64,000 bases of DNA. It comes from an uncultured Verrucomicrobiae bacterium. Lineage in GTDB: Bacteria; Verrucomicrobiota; Verrucomicrobiia; Chthoniobacterales; UBA10450. Shown here in pieces: positions 54,049 to 63,841 of this stretch (positions within the stretch are counted from its first letter, which is position 1; every line of letters starts with the position of its first letter). The notes under the pieces are model-generated. The model did no database searches. It saw only the letters and a program-made list of their open reading frames with translations, and was not told the DNA's origin. The stretch is from positions 1 through 64,000 of the forward strand of contig CAWDGJ010000001.1 in assembly GCA_963801815.1 (NCBI GenBank). The letters run 5' to 3'. The position numbers and the translations under genes were made by a program.

Positions 54049-54360
54049 TCAAACAACTTTTTCGAGGGTCGCGAGCAGGAGATGACCGTGCAATTGCTGG
54101 ACGTAAAACTCAGCGCGCTCGCGTACGCCGCACCATAAAATCGAACGGCCTTTTTGATGCACTTCGAGCATGTGTCGCTCGGCTTTTTCGCGCGGATAAC
54201 CGAACACGCGCTGAAAGACCATCGTCACGTAGGTCATCAAGTTCACCGGGTCGTTGTGCACCACGACCTGCCACGGCACGTCGAGCTCTTCTTTGTCGCG
54301 CGTCTCGGTTTCCTTCGATGGTGCTTCAATGGTGGACGTAGAACCTCGCTCGATCTCCAT
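54049..54360 (-). CDS. clpS: Clp protease adaptor ClpS
   Basis: WQVVVHNDPVNLMTYV, MLEVHQKGR. Confidence 0.93.
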   Translation of the reverse strand: MEIERGSTSTIEAPSKETETRDKEELDVPWQVVVHNDPVNLMTYVTMVFQRVFGYPREKAERHMLEVHQKGRSILWCGVRERAEFYVQQLHGHLLLATLEKVV

Positions 54361-54461
54361 CTCGTTCACCGCGGAGATTCCTTCCTTGCCATCGACCCGT
54401 CCCGGGCTGGCCGCGCGCTCATTAAAAAATGCTATCACAGCGCGCCTTCAGTTCAAACCTG

Positions 54462-54911
54462 TTAGCGACGCAGCCTGTGGAGAATCGTTTTCTCGGTCGC
54501 GCGCATTTTTCGTATGCCGGCCGGATCCCGATCGTCGAACCCGTTCAGGTGAAGGAGACCATGGACAACGTAGAGCTCGAGCTCGCGGGCGAGAGCGTTT
54601 CCGAATCGGCGCGCGTTGCGAAGCGCTGTTTCAACACTGATGAAAATTTCCCCGTGCTGAAACGTCAACACATCAGTCGGACCCAGTTCGTTCATGAACC
54701 GACGATGCAACGTTGCCATGCGCCGATCGGAGATAATCAATACTGAAATCTGTTCCAACTGTTGAAGGTCCGTTTTTTTCCTGGTTGGAAGCTGGAGACA
54801 GAGCGCGGCTGCTTTTTGCGCGAACCGTTGAAGATCGACAGCATTGACGGTGATTTTCCACTGCAGGTCGCGAGCTTCAACGTGCGGGATTGGCCGAGCT
54901 TTGATTTTCAT
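54462..54911 (-). CDS. ybeY: rRNA maturation RNase YbeY
   Basis: PTDVLTF, GEIFIS, VVHGLLHLNGFDD. Confidence 0.92.
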   Translation of the reverse strand: MKIKARPIPHVEARDLQWKITVNAVDLQRFAQKAAALCLQLPTRKKTDLQQLEQISVLIISDRRMATLHRRFMNELGPTDVLTFQHGEIFISVETALRNARRFGNALARELELYVVHGLLHLNGFDDRDPAGIRKMRATEKTILHRLRR

Positions 54912-55834
54912 AAGGCTCGGCGACGCTCGTCCAGCTCCTTCAGAAGCAGGTAAATCATTTCCGTGCGCGGCATTTGTGCGCCGATGGCCGCGGCGCGTCG
55001 AATGGGTTCGCCCCAAATCGCCTCCACCTCCAACGCCCGGCCAGTTTCCCAGTCGCTCAAGGTTGACGGTTTGTATCCAGCGATGGATTCGGTCCGCTCA
55101 ATATGTTTGCGCCAGGCGTCGCTCGGTAGTGCGTGTCCGCATTTGTTGGCCGTTGCAATCACTTCCGCCATTAATGCAAGCGTCAGTTCACGCAGGTCTT
55201 TGTGGCCAAGTATCGCGGCCGTGTCGATTCCGCCGGCCACGACAGAGAGCCCATTGAATGGAATGTTCCAGATCAATTTTCGCCAGCGCTCAAGGGCAAG
55301 ATCTTCGGTCACCGTGCTACGGACGTTTGCCCGGGTGAATTCGGTAGACACTTCGTGCGTTCGAGGTTGAGAGGGACGACCGAATTCGCCAAGAATTAGC
55401 TGACCGTAGGCATAACGCTCGACTTCGGCCTTGGAATGTCGCTCCACCGCAATGAAACAAAGCCCGCCCAGCACTCGATCCGCGGCGAAATTTGCGGCCA
55501 GGAATTCTTCGTTACCCAAGCCGTTCTGCAAAGTGAGGATCATTGTTCGTTCGTGAAGGAGTGGGGGAACAAGATCGACAAGATCGCCGTTCGAGGTTGT
55601 TTTTACCGCGACAATCACCAGATCGCACGACCCGATCTCTTTCGTGGAATTGTAACAATTGACTTTGGCGACTCGAAAGTTCTCTCCCGCGCCACGAACA
55701 AAAATTCCGCTACGCTGGACGTCGCTGAGTTCCCCGCGCATCAAGAAATGCACGTCACTTCCGGCATGGGCAAGCTTGGCGCCGTAATAGGTCCCGACTG
55801 CGCCAGCGCCGATTATCCCGATTTTCAGACCCAT
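54908..55834 (-). CDS. panE: 2-dehydropantoate 2-reductase
   Basis: GAGAVG, LQNGLG, WRKLIWN, PSTLSD, LEVEAI. Confidence 0.9.
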   Translation of the reverse strand: MGLKIGIIGAGAVGTYYGAKLAHAGSDVHFLMRGELSDVQRSGIFVRGAGENFRVAKVNCYNSTKEIGSCDLVIVAVKTTSNGDLVDLVPPLLHERTMILTLQNGLGNEEFLAANFAADRVLGGLCFIAVERHSKAEVERYAYGQLILGEFGRPSQPRTHEVSTEFTRANVRSTVTEDLALERWRKLIWNIPFNGLSVVAGGIDTAAILGHKDLRELTLALMAEVIATANKCGHALPSDAWRKHIERTESIAGYKPSTLSDWETGRALEVEAIWGEPIRRAAAIGAQMPRTEMIYLLLKELDERRRAL

Positions 55835-56317
55835 TTAGCGATTTAGTGATTCAGAGATTTAGCGATTGAAGTGACGAAGCAGTTATCGATTTCGTTTCGC
55901 TGTGGTGAGAGACGCGGAGAATATCTTTAGGAGCTGCTCACACTCGCTCATAAGTGACCCAACGATTTGCTTACTGATGAGCTGCGACTCTACCAGAAGC
56001 TCAAGCCAGAACAGTGTCTCGTCTGCCTCTTCAGCGACGACGCTAATTTTCGATATAAAATCTGGGCGAGAACGTGCTCGACAGGTCGCGCGATAATTCG
56101 CCGCAACCGATGTTCCTGCGCGAACAAACTGCCGCCCAATTATTCGAGATACTTCCTCTTTCGGAAGTTGGCTGAACACTTTTAGGATCCGAATTGCGAA
56201 GTTTTTTGTTCTTTGCTGTAACTGTTTGGCATCCTGGAGGGTATTCATTCCCGACGTTTAACCATGGATGGGAGCTCAATGAAATCGTTAAATCACTAAT
56301 CGTTAAATCGTTAAATG
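55832..56317. mobile_element. Four-helix-bundle gene bracketed by inverted octamer arrays
   Basis: ATTTAGCG-type units at 55833-55873; CGTTAAAT units at 56286-56316. Confidence 0.6.
55883..56248 (-). CDS. Four helix bundle protein (23S rRNA IVP / Avd-like family)
   Basis: QFVRAGTSVAANYRA, FISKISVVAEEADETLFWLELL. Confidence 0.92.
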   Translation of the reverse strand: MNTLQDAKQLQQRTKNFAIRILKVFSQLPKEEVSRIIGRQFVRAGTSVAANYRATCRARSRPDFISKISVVAEEADETLFWLELLVESQLISKQIVGSLMSECEQLLKIFSASLTTAKRNR

Positions 56318-56320
56318 TTT

Positions 56321-57601
56321 TTACTCCGGTGGTCTTTGCTCGGATCGGAAGTTTCGCGTGATCAATCGTGCGCCTTTGTTGAAACTCAAATAGGCCCAGG
56401 CCCACTGAAACAGCACCACGAAACGGTTTCGAAATCCGACGAGAAAAATGATGTGGACAAACAACCATGCCAGCCAGGCCGGAAATCCCTTCAAGTGGAC
56501 GAGTCTCAAGTCGGCGACCGCTTTGTTCCGGCCGATCGTCGCCATGCTGCCCTTGTCGAAATACCAAAAGCGTTGGGGCTTTTCGCCGTCGATCATCATC
56601 AGAATATTTCGCGCGGCATGACGGCCTTGTTGCATCGCAACTGGCGAGACTCCCGGTAACGGCTGACCGGTTTGATACGGAAAATTCGCGAGATCCCCGA
56701 TCACCTGCACTTCCGGATGATTCGGAATCGTCAGATCGTTGTTGACCAGCACGCGTCCTACCCGATCGACCGGCACGCCTAACGATTTGCCGACGAAGGA
56801 CGCGTTGTTCCCGGCCGCCCAGATTTTCACCCGGGATGGAATGAATTCGTCGCCAACCTGCAGGCCCTGGTCCGAAAGATTTGTCGCGTGAATGCCGGTT
56901 CGCACTTCCACGCCAAGGTCGGCCAACTGTTTCATGGCACTATCGCGCAGGTCGTCGGGATACGATGCGAGCACTTTTGGTTCGCCTTCGACCAAGATCA
57001 CCCGCGCCTGCGAAGGATCGATGTGGCGAAAATCCTTGGCCAGGGTGTAACGCGCGATCTCAGCAATCGCGCCTGCCATTTCCACGCCGGTCGGCCCACC
57101 GCCGACAATCACGAATGTCATTGCCGCTTTGCGTGCGGCTTCGTCTGAAGTTCTCTCAGCGTATTCGAATGCCATCAGAATGCGGCGGCGAATTTCGACG
57201 GCGTCTTCCAAGCTTTTCAGCCCGGGCGCGAGTCGTTCCCACTCCGGGTGCCCGAAGTAGGAATGCCGCGCGCCCGTAGCGACGATGAGATAATCGTATT
57301 CGACCTCGCCATCGGTCAGTTTCACTTTCTTTGCGCTGACGTCGATCGATTGCACTTCAGCCAGCATGACTTCCACGTTTTTGCATTTACTGAGAACACC
57401 GCGCACGGGTGCGGCGATGTCTGCCGGCGAAAGCGCCGCGGTCGCGACCTGATAAAGCAACGGCTGGAACAAATGGTAATTCGTCCGGTCGATCACCGTC
57501 ACGCGCACGTCTTTGCAGGCCAGCTTCTTCGCGGCCTCAAGCCCGCCGAAACCGGCGCCGATGATCACAACGCGCGGAACCCTCGCCTGCGATGTTTCCA
57601 T
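56321..57601 (-). CDS. ndh: Type II NADH dehydrogenase
   Basis: GAGFGG, HLFQPLLYQVAT, GGGPTGVE, DKGSMATIGR. Confidence 0.92.
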   Translation of the reverse strand: METSQARVPRVVIIGAGFGGLEAAKKLACKDVRVTVIDRTNYHLFQPLLYQVATAALSPADIAAPVRGVLSKCKNVEVMLAEVQSIDVSAKKVKLTDGEVEYDYLIVATGARHSYFGHPEWERLAPGLKSLEDAVEIRRRILMAFEYAERTSDEAARKAAMTFVIVGGGPTGVEMAGAIAEIARYTLAKDFRHIDPSQARVILVEGEPKVLASYPDDLRDSAMKQLADLGVEVRTGIHATNLSDQGLQVGDEFIPSRVKIWAAGNNASFVGKSLGVPVDRVGRVLVNNDLTIPNHPEVQVIGDLANFPYQTGQPLPGVSPVAMQQGRHAARNILMMIDGEKPQRFWYFDKGSMATIGRNKAVADLRLVHLKGFPAWLAWLFVHIIFLVGFRNRFVVLFQWAWAYLSFNKGARLITRNFRSEQRPPE

Positions 57602-57632
57602 GGATCAATCTGCGCATGAGCCGCCACAATGG

Positions 57633-57751
57633 AAATCCCAAATTCCAAGCTCCAAATCTCAAACCAGCCTCAAGTCGCACTACCGAGTAAAGAGCAGCGA
57701 TTAGGCAGATTTGAAATTTGCTTGGGGCTTGGGATTTGAGATTGGAACTTT
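57633..57751. repeat. Inverted heptamer-repeat element
   Basis: AATCCCA/AATTCCA/AGCTCCA/AATCTCA facing TTGGGGC/TTGGGAT/TTGAGAT/TGGAACT. Confidence 0.7.
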
Positions 57752-57821
57752 CGTCGCCGCGCCGGGTGAAAGCCAAAAAATGATTTGTCATACCCGCGGC
57801 GGCATCTATCTTTCGCGCCTC

Positions 57822-58031
57822 ATGCCTAAGTCAATCGCTCGCAGCAAAACTCGCAAAGCGGTCGCCAAACGGTTCAAGATTACCGCAACCGGCAAAGTTT
57901 TGCGCGCGCAATCGTCCCGGCGTCACTTGCTTTCGGCCAAGAATGCCAAGCGCAAACGGCATCTTAGTAAGATGGCGCGCGTCGACAGAACGGACGAAGC
58001 ACGGGTCAAAGCGAACCTGCCGTTCGGTTAA
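57822..58031 (+). CDS. rpmI: 50S ribosomal protein L35
   Basis: KTRKAVAKRFKITATGKV...RRHLL. Confidence 0.93.
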   Translation: MPKSIARSKTRKAVAKRFKITATGKVLRAQSSRRHLLSAKNAKRKRHLSKMARVDRTDEARVKANLPFG

Positions 58032-58036
58032 GAAGC

Positions 58037-58094
58037 TGTAGCGGCGGTGTTATGACCGCCGATGATCTGCCGGCGCAGATAGAATGACGCTCCA
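58037..58094. repeat. GTAG-type REP / degenerate REP doublet
   Basis: GTAG followed by hairpin CGGCGGT...ACCGCCG, and a decayed inverted partner. Confidence 0.55.
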
Positions 58095-58164
58095 GAAACT
58101 CGCGATTTCGCGTTGTCGGTTCCTTCCACGTTGCTCAGGCACGGCCTTGCGGGTAAGTTTCCTC

Positions 58165-58260
58165 TCCGTCAGGGGCTATGGATTGAGGACTGACGAACCC
58201 CGCCAGGGCAGGAATGCAGCAACGGTAGTTTGATCCTCCTTGCCGTAGTTCTCTGGCGGA
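58165..58260 (+). ncRNA. ffs: Signal recognition particle 4.5S RNA
   Basis: Long hairpin TCCGTCAGGGG...CTCTGGCGGA with helix-8 motif GCCAGG-GCA-GGAA-TGC-AGCAA, then a T-run. Confidence 0.88.
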
Positions 58261-58269
58261 CTTTTTATC

Positions 58270-58348
58270 GTTGAGAAGTTGAGGTGTTGAGAAGTTGAGA
58301 CAAAGCCCCATTCCTCTTCTCAGCGGCTTAACTCCTCAACAGCTCAAC
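58270..58348. repeat. Inverted octamer-repeat element
   Basis: GTTGAGNN x4 facing four NNCTCAAC-like units. Confidence 0.75.
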
Positions 58349-58352
58349 TCTC

Positions 58353-58643
58353 GTGAAATTGCTGAAGACGAAAACAAAACGCTTCGCTGATGTCGTTGCC
58401 GAAGCCGGAAGACCTGCGCCTTACACCCTTTGGCAAAAACCGGCGCAGGACCGGCATTTACAGTCGGAAATCAAGAATAACCGGGTGATGACGATCTTGA
58501 AGACCGAAGCGGGGAGCGAATTTGGAATGGTTGGATTCAAAGAAAAAAAAGGCGTGAGCTATCTCATTTTTTCGAAATCGTTGAAGCGTTTCGAGAACAG
58601 GCGGATCGTTGGAATCAATTGGGACTTACTCAAAACGCGATGA
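58353..58643 (+). CDS. Hypothetical protein
   Basis: 96-aa ORF with ATGA overlap to moeB. Confidence 0.7.
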   Translation: MKLLKTKTKRFADVVAEAGRPAPYTLWQKPAQDRHLQSEIKNNRVMTILKTEAGSEFGMVGFKEKKGVSYLIFSKSLKRFENRRIVGINWDLLKTR

Positions 58644-59762
58644 CGAAGGACGAGCAATTGCGCTACTCGCGGCACATGATCATGCCCGAGGTGGGCCCGG
58701 AAGGGCAAAAGCGGCTGAATGAGGCGCGCGTGTTGTGCATCGGCGCAGGCGGACTCGGTTCGCCGGCTGCGCTTTATCTTGCTGCGGCCGGAATCGGCAA
58801 GCTTGGTCTGGTCGATTTCGACGATGTCGATCTTAGCAATCTTCAGCGCCAGATTTTGCATGGTACTGAAAGATGTCGGACGGAAAAAACTGGATTCGGC
58901 GCGCGATCGTTTGCGCGACGTGAACCCGGGCATCGAGATTGAAACGCACGAGTGCCGCTTCACGAGCGCAAATGCGATGGCAATTGTATCGAAGTACGAC
59001 GTGGTCGTCGACGGCTCGGATAATTTCCCGACGCGCTATTTGTCGAACGACGTCTGCGTATTCGCCAAAAAGCCAAACGTTTACGGATCAGTTTTTCGAT
59101 TCGACGGCCAGACTACCGTGTTCGCGCCCCATCTTGGTGGGCCATGTTACCGCTGTTTGTTTCCGGAACCGCCGCCGCCCGGTTCGGTTCCAAACTGCGC
59201 GCAAGCCGGCGTCCTCGGCGTTTTGCCGGGAATTATCGGAACGATCCAGGCCAGCGAAACGATCAAGTTGATTTTGGGAGTTGGCGAACCGCTGATCGGC
59301 CGACTGCTCTATTTCGATGCGCTGAAAATGAAGTTTCGTGAATTCAATCTTCGCCGCGACCCGGAGTGCCCGGTTTGCGGCGATTCACCGACCATCACCA
59401 AGCCGATCGACTATGAACAATTTTGCGGGGTCTCGACCAATGCCATTCCGACGGTTTCAGTGCGCCAGCTCAAACAAAAGATGGATGGGCATGAATCTTT
59501 TCAGCTGGTGGATGTTCGCGAGCCGCTAGAATATGAATTAGCGAACATCAACGGCGCGCGATTGATTCCGCTTGGAGAATTGTCTGATCGATTAAACGAG
59601 CTGGACCGCACGCAACTAACGATCGTGCATTGTCACAGCGGCCAGCGGAGTGCGCAGGCGGTGCGCTTGTTACGCGACGCGGGGTTCGCGAACGTGTTTA
59701 ATCTCGAGGGCGGCATAGCGAGATGGTCGGACGAAATCGATTCCGATGTGCCGCAATACTAG
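58640..59762 (+). CDS. moeB: MoeB/ThiF adenylyltransferase with rhodanese domain (frameshift near 58867)
   Basis: [34 protein letters not shown]. Confidence 0.92.
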
Positions 59763-60310
59763 TTTTGTTTGAGGGCGGCGGTTAGCTCCTCCGCGCTGGG
59801 AACATCACTCCAGTGCTTCATGAGTTCTCCATTTTTCCCAAAAACAAAAACGTGAAAAAGACCGGTGGCGAATTGTGAACCGAGCTGGGTCGTGATCGTG
59901 CCTTCGAAATCGGCGGCGACGAAGACGTCTTTGCGCGCGTCTCGTGCGATCTTCAATTGATCGTAGCGGGTCTGAAGCTGTTGCGCCTCCGAATTAACGC
60001 GTCGGCGCATTACCGACGTCATGAAGGCGCGGACGGGCCTGGTGTGTTTTTCAAACGCGACAATGGTGATCATCCGGTAATTCGGATTTCCGAGGCAAAA
60101 ATCCGGCGTTCGATCGCCCACAGCATGGGCTTTGTCGACGTTCGCTTTGCTGACGAGAACCAGTGTCGTGGTGTGACCATCCGAGGTCGACAGAGCGTTA
60201 CTGTCAACATCGACGAAACTAATTCGATAGGCTTGGCCCGCCGTTAGATCGGCGTAGATAGACATGGAAGTGATCCAAATCGTGGTTGCGATGAGAATGA
60301 GCCGTTTCAT
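59759..60310 (-). CDS. Exported hypothetical protein (possible thioredoxin-like fold)
   Basis: Signal peptide; FVDVD...VFVFGKNGE pattern. Confidence 0.7.
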   Translation of the reverse strand: MKRLILIATTIWITSMSIYADLTAGQAYRISFVDVDSNALSTSDGHTTTLVLVSKANVDKAHAVGDRTPDFCLGNPNYRMITIVAFEKHTRPVRAFMTSVMRRRVNSEAQQLQTRYDQLKIARDARKDVFVAADFEGTITTQLGSQFATGLFHVFVFGKNGELMKHWSDVPSAEELTAALKQN

Positions 60311-60424
60311 TTAACGGGTCAGCGATTTACCGATTGAGTGAATAAAAGAAATGAAGAAGTTTGTAACGCATTTGGAAGCAGGTAACACAATCGGTAAGTC
60401 AGGGAATCGTTAATTCGTTAAATG
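60308..60424. repeat. Cargo-less inverted octamer-repeat element of the ATTTAACG family
   Basis: ATTTAACG/GGTCAGCG/ATTTACCG/ATTGAGTG facing CGGTAAGT/CAGGGAAT/CGTTAATT/CGTTAAAT. Confidence 0.7.
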
Positions 60425-61096
60425 TCACGATATCGAGCAATTCAACATTTTGGCCACTGCCTACTGGTCGTGTTACTGCTTGGCGGTTGCGAGCGGATGG
60501 TAACGTCGCGCAATACCCAAAGAATCAAAGAGGCAGACTGGAAGGCGGCCCAAGGCGAATATCTCTGGGCAATCAATCTGTACGAATCCGCGCTCGACGG
60601 CACTCCGCAGTCCGCGGAGGTGCATTACAAGCTTGCGTTGCTTTACGATGACAAGCTAAACGATCCGCTTCAGGCTCTTCATCATTTCAAGCGCTATCTG
60701 GTGCTCAATCCGGAAGGATCGCACGCGGCGGAGGTCAGAGATTTTATGAAGCGGGACGAACTTGCGCTGGGTACAAGCTTGTCCGGGGATTCGGTCGTCA
60801 CCCGGGCTGAGGCCGCGCGTTTGCGAAACGAAAATCTCAACCTGCATCGCGAGATTGAAGAAGGACACCCCCGGCCGGGCGCGGCCAAGTCACCCTCCCG
60901 TCACGGAGCCAAGGAGAAATCGAGTGGCTCACAAAGCTACACCGTGAAGGATGGCGACACGCTCGCCTCCATTTCACGCAAGTTCTACAAGACGTCAAAA
61001 CGATGGCGCGACATTCTCGACGCCAACGAAAAGAAAATCGATGATCCCGACAATTTGAAAGCCGGTCAAACATTGAAAATACCGCCTAACGACTGA
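60422..61096 (+). CDS. TPR + LysM lipoprotein
   Basis: LLLGGC lipobox, TPR-like helices, YTVKDGDTLASIS...LKAGQTLKIP. Confidence 0.88.
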   Translation: MSRYRAIQHFGHCLLVVLLLGGCERMVTSRNTQRIKEADWKAAQGEYLWAINLYESALDGTPQSAEVHYKLALLYDDKLNDPLQALHHFKRYLVLNPEGSHAAEVRDFMKRDELALGTSLSGDSVVTRAEAARLRNENLNLHREIEEGHPRPGAAKSPSRHGAKEKSSGSQSYTVKDGDTLASISRKFYKTSKRWRDILDANEKKIDDPDNLKAGQTLKIPPND

Positions 61097-61124
61097 TTGT
61101 CGAAGCAGGGACGATTGGAACATA

Positions 61125-62039
61125 ATGCCAGCGACATTAATTACGCGAATCGCGCCGGACGTAGGCTGGTTACCGGTGAGCTTTGCCAATGTTTACTTTA
61201 TAGGACGCCCAGGTGGTAAATGGATATTGGTCGACGCCGGTTTCCCTGGGTGGGCCACGGAGATTCGTCACGCGGCCGAAGCGCGATTCGGCTCCGGCTC
61301 GCGGCCGGAGGCGATTGTTCTCACCCACGGTCACCTCGATCATGCGGGTTCGGCCTTGGCCCTGGCGAACATATGGGATGTTCAAATTTTTGTTCATCCA
61401 CTTGAGTTCCCATATTTGACCGGCAAATCGCTGTATCCTCCCGCGGACCCAACGGTTGGCGGCGCCACCGCTTTTCTGTCGCGGTTTTTGCCGACACGTC
61501 GTCGCGACCTCGGCGGACGGCTTCGAGAATTGCATCGGCATCGAGTTCCCGGAGCAGCCGGCTGGCAATGGATGCCGACGCCGGGCCATTCTCCCGGACA
61601 CGTCTGCTTTTTCAGGGAATCGGATCGGATTCTCCTGACCGGCGACGCGCTGGTGAGCGTCGACATGGATTCGTGGCGCGGTTTGATCTCGTCGAAACCC
61701 AAATTGTTCGGGCCGCCGGCGCCGTTCACGATCGATTGGGATGCCGCGCGCGCATCGTTGAAAGAGCTCGCCAATCTGCGTCCCAACGTCGTCGGTTGCG
61801 GTCATGGCGCGCCGATCTCCGATTCTAACCTTGCCGAACGCCTGGAGAAATTCGCGGCCCGATTTCGTGGGCCGCGCCGGGGCCGTTATGTAAATCGGCC
61901 GGCACGGACCAACCAAGACGGAATTGTCGATCTTCCGCCCGCGCCGTTTGATCCAGTTCCGTTCGCGACTGCGGCGGCGCTATTCTGCGTCGGGCTCGCG
62001 CTCGGCGCGGGTCATTTCGACGAACACGACCGCAAGTAG
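61125..62039 (+). CDS. MBL-fold metallo-hydrolase
   Basis: LTHGHLDHAG, TPGHSPGH, GDA, GHG. Confidence 0.9.
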   Translation: MPATLITRIAPDVGWLPVSFANVYFIGRPGGKWILVDAGFPGWATEIRHAAEARFGSGSRPEAIVLTHGHLDHAGSALALANIWDVQIFVHPLEFPYLTGKSLYPPADPTVGGATAFLSRFLPTRRRDLGGRLRELHRHRVPGAAGWQWMPTPGHSPGHVCFFRESDRILLTGDALVSVDMDSWRGLISSKPKLFGPPAPFTIDWDAARASLKELANLRPNVVGCGHGAPISDSNLAERLEKFAARFRGPRRGRYVNRPARTNQDGIVDLPPAPFDPVPFATAAALFCVGLALGAGHFDEHDRK

Positions 62040-62071
62040 AGTTGGCGCGCGTCTGCTCTACGGACGCTGCT

Positions 62072-62872
62072 TCAGCAGATCCCGTCCGGAGGCTGCGTCG
62101 GCCGTGCAGGAGGCGGGGTCGCGCTTGGCCGCGCGAAGATACTTTGATCGATAGTATCGTGAGAGGTGGGGTCGATCAGTTGCGAAGCCGCCGGCCCGGT
62201 CCGTTGCCGGTCACATTCAGCCACTAGCAGAGGCCAACTTGGGAGCTTGTGCGAAAAACCGGTGATCAAGAGTCCGTTGCTAATCGCTTTGCAAACGTCG
62301 AATTCCTGCGGCTGCGGCAGCACTGTTGCGTTTGGCGGGAAGACGAGGATTTGTCCTGAGTGCAAGTGTCGATGGTCGGATGGATTGTTTTTCAGCCACA
62401 GGTCGCCGTTGCCTTCAAAAATGAGGACCTTGTTCCAAGATTTGTTGTGCGATTCCCAAATTCCGGTGAAACCGCTGACTGCGCAGGTTGCGACTCCGGA
62501 GGAAATTTTGACCGTGCCGGTTTCTGTCGGGGCTGTCATTAGAATAGCCCCGCTCCCGAGATTATAAGTGTGAGCGGTTGCGCCAAAACTGAAGACGGTG
62601 TTCGCGCCGAGCCGGGTCAATGTTTGGTCTGAAAACATAAGTTCGGCGCGCGAATCGGTGCCGGTGCGAACGGCCGTGCCCTCGTTCACGGCGTCGTTGA
62701 CGACGGCAGGACGCCCGGCTGCCCCTCTGAGCAGACGAACGTCGCGAATTACTTCAGTCACCCGGGCTTGCTTTCTTTCCGCGGCCAGCATGACGGTGAC
62801 GACCATGATGACGGAAAGACTGACGACTGCCACGAGACTTAATTTTGGATGCAATGTTTTCATTACCGTCAT
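62072..62872 (-). CDS. FecR-domain protein
   Basis: VRTGTDSRAELMFSDQTLTRLGANT. Confidence 0.8.
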   Translation of the reverse strand: MTVMKTLHPKLSLVAVVSLSVIMVVTVMLAAERKQARVTEVIRDVRLLRGAAGRPAVVNDAVNEGTAVRTGTDSRAELMFSDQTLTRLGANTVFSFGATAHTYNLGSGAILMTAPTETGTVKISSGVATCAVSGFTGIWESHNKSWNKVLIFEGNGDLWLKNNPSDHRHLHSGQILVFPPNATVLPQPQEFDVCKAISNGLLITGFSHKLPSWPLLVAECDRQRTGPAASQLIDPTSHDTIDQSIFARPSATPPPARPTQPPDGIC

Positions 62873-62878
62873 CGCCTC

Positions 62879-63841
62879 CTAAAACTTGACCGAGAATTCA
62901 AGGGCACCGCCAGCGTTGCCCACATCGTAGTCAAACTGGTCCTGGTTCGAATCGCTATGCGCAAACGAGCTGATGGCACTAACCCAACACCAGTCGGTGA
63001 CGCGATAGGTGGCCGTGGCTGAGATGATTTCACTGATCTCGTTGCGGCCGTTCTGGTGGTAATCGCGCACCACGAAACGGCCGACTGCTCCAATGGAAAA
63101 TGCCCGCGTAAGACCGACAGAATAGCCGATGTAGCTCTCATAATCGTTGCGGCGCGGCGATTGATGGTCCGCGGCCACGCTGAGGTAGGTGTCTGCACCC
63201 ACGGTGACTTGCTGGGCGCGGCCAAACCGAAATGGCAGCTCCGCGTCGAGAAGGATCTGGTGATTGGAAAAAAATTCGTTGCCCAACTGGTCGCCGTCGG
63301 TAAGCCGGTTGAAATCGTACCAGGCCCGCAACATTAGATTGTGAAACTGCGGGAGAAAATAGGTGAGACCCGCCTGGCAATCGAGGCTGCCGAAGTCGAA
63401 CGAGGTGTATTTGCCGTAATAAAAAATCTGTTCCTGTGCGCCGAGATGGGCGTAAAGATTCTGAGCAATTCTCGGATCGTAAAAAACGGACGCCATCGGG
63501 GCAATTATCACGTCGCCGACCTCGCCGGTGTTCGTGAGCGCAACGTTTGATGTGTAAAAAATCGGCGTCGAGACCGACGCGGTGAACGGCTGATACGTTT
63601 CGGTGCGCTTAAGGATTTGCTGCTCGCCTAAATCAGCATCGTTGGGACTGGGCGCCACCTGATCGCCAATCACTCCACTGTTAGGCGCCGTAGACGCAAC
63701 CAGTGATTGGTTCTGGGCTTGCACCAGCGCCACCTGGTTTAGCTGAACAATCTGCGCTCGGGCAGAGAGCAGGGGTGCGATGAGGAGCACCACGGGTGCC
63801 CACCGTGCGGAACAGAAAATTCTCAGGCGGCGCGTTATCAT
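62879..63841 (-). CDS. Outer-membrane beta-barrel protein
   Basis: Signal peptide, amphipathic strands, C-terminal Phe (LEFSVKF). Confidence 0.75.
   Translation of the reverse strand: MITRRLRIFCSARWAPVVLLIAPLLSARAQIVQLNQVALVQAQNQSLVASTAPNSGVIGDQVAPSPNDADLGEQQILKRTETYQPFTASVSTPIFYTSNVALTNTGEVGDVIIAPMASVFYDPRIAQNLYAHLGAQEQIFYYGKYTSFDFGSLDCQAGLTYFLPQFHNLMLRAWYDFNRLTDGDQLGNEFFSNHQILLDAELPFRFGRAQQVTVGADTYLSVAADHQSPRRNDYESYIGYSVGLTRAFSIGAVGRFVVRDYHQNGRNEISEIISATATYRVTDWCWVSAISSFAHSDSNQDQFDYDVGNAGGALEFSVKF

Noticed and set aside
55883..56248. Diversity-generating retroelement (Avd)
   Set aside because: No reverse transcriptase or TR/VR pair visible
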